64,000 nt of DNA from Malacoraja senta (Eukaryota), in NCBI GenBank assembly GCA_038087875.1, contig JAXLNO010000625.1:62001-126000 (forward strand), given 5' to 3'. Positions 63,812 to 64,000 of the stretch are shown here, piece after piece (positions within the stretch are counted from its first letter, which is position 1; every line of letters begins with the position of its first letter). The notes beneath the pieces are model-generated. The model did no database searches, had not been told where the DNA came from, and worked only from the letters and a program-made list of their open reading frames with translations. The position numbers and the translations under genes were made by a program.

Positions 63812-64000
63812 ATTTTACTTCGGAGTCACGTTGGTGACTACGTGAAGAAGACCCGTCAGGGCGCATGCGCATCATTACGTCGGTCGCATTGGCGCACAGA
63901 CAGCAGGAGGACAGAGCTCCTCCCAATGTAAGTACTTTTAGGGTATTTTTAAAGAGTTTTAAAGCTCCAGCTAAGTCTGAAACTTGTCAGAAATTTAGCT
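63812..64000 (+). mobile_element. Left terminus of a fourth DIRS1-like element (copy D), continuing beyond the window
   Basis: ATTTTACTTCGGAGTCACGTTGGTGACTACGTGAAGAA. Confidence 0.9.

Overview
Vertebrate genomic DNA, most likely a cartilaginous fish such as a skate or ray (inferred from HE1-type tRNA SINEs sharing their tail with CR1/HER1 LINEs). Well over half the window is transposable-element derived and no host gene can be named. Main elements: a young full-length Gypsy LTR retrotransposon (45624-50379, identical 204-bp LTRs, CAGCT TSD); four DIRS1-like tyrosine-recombinase retrotransposons (one structurally complete at 53891-58692); two minisatellite-laden non-autonomous Helitrons; PIF/Harbinger MITEs; a Tigger-like MITE; CR1, Rex1, L2, L1, RTE and Penelope fragments; a ferritin retro-pseudogene; and a LINE-mRNA chimeric retrocopy. 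The most notable signal is a ~150-nt non-coding retroposon family (3 copies) whose 5' end coincides with a compact HDV/CPEB3-type ribozyme fold and whose 3' end is a (GAA)n tail, with 11-12 bp TSDs. Also notable: a conserved leader splice donor in all four DIRS copies, a templated repair scar in the Gypsy gag, and a candidate 16-nt frame-switching microexon plus terminal exon of an unidentified host gene. Boundaries of degenerate fragments are approximate.
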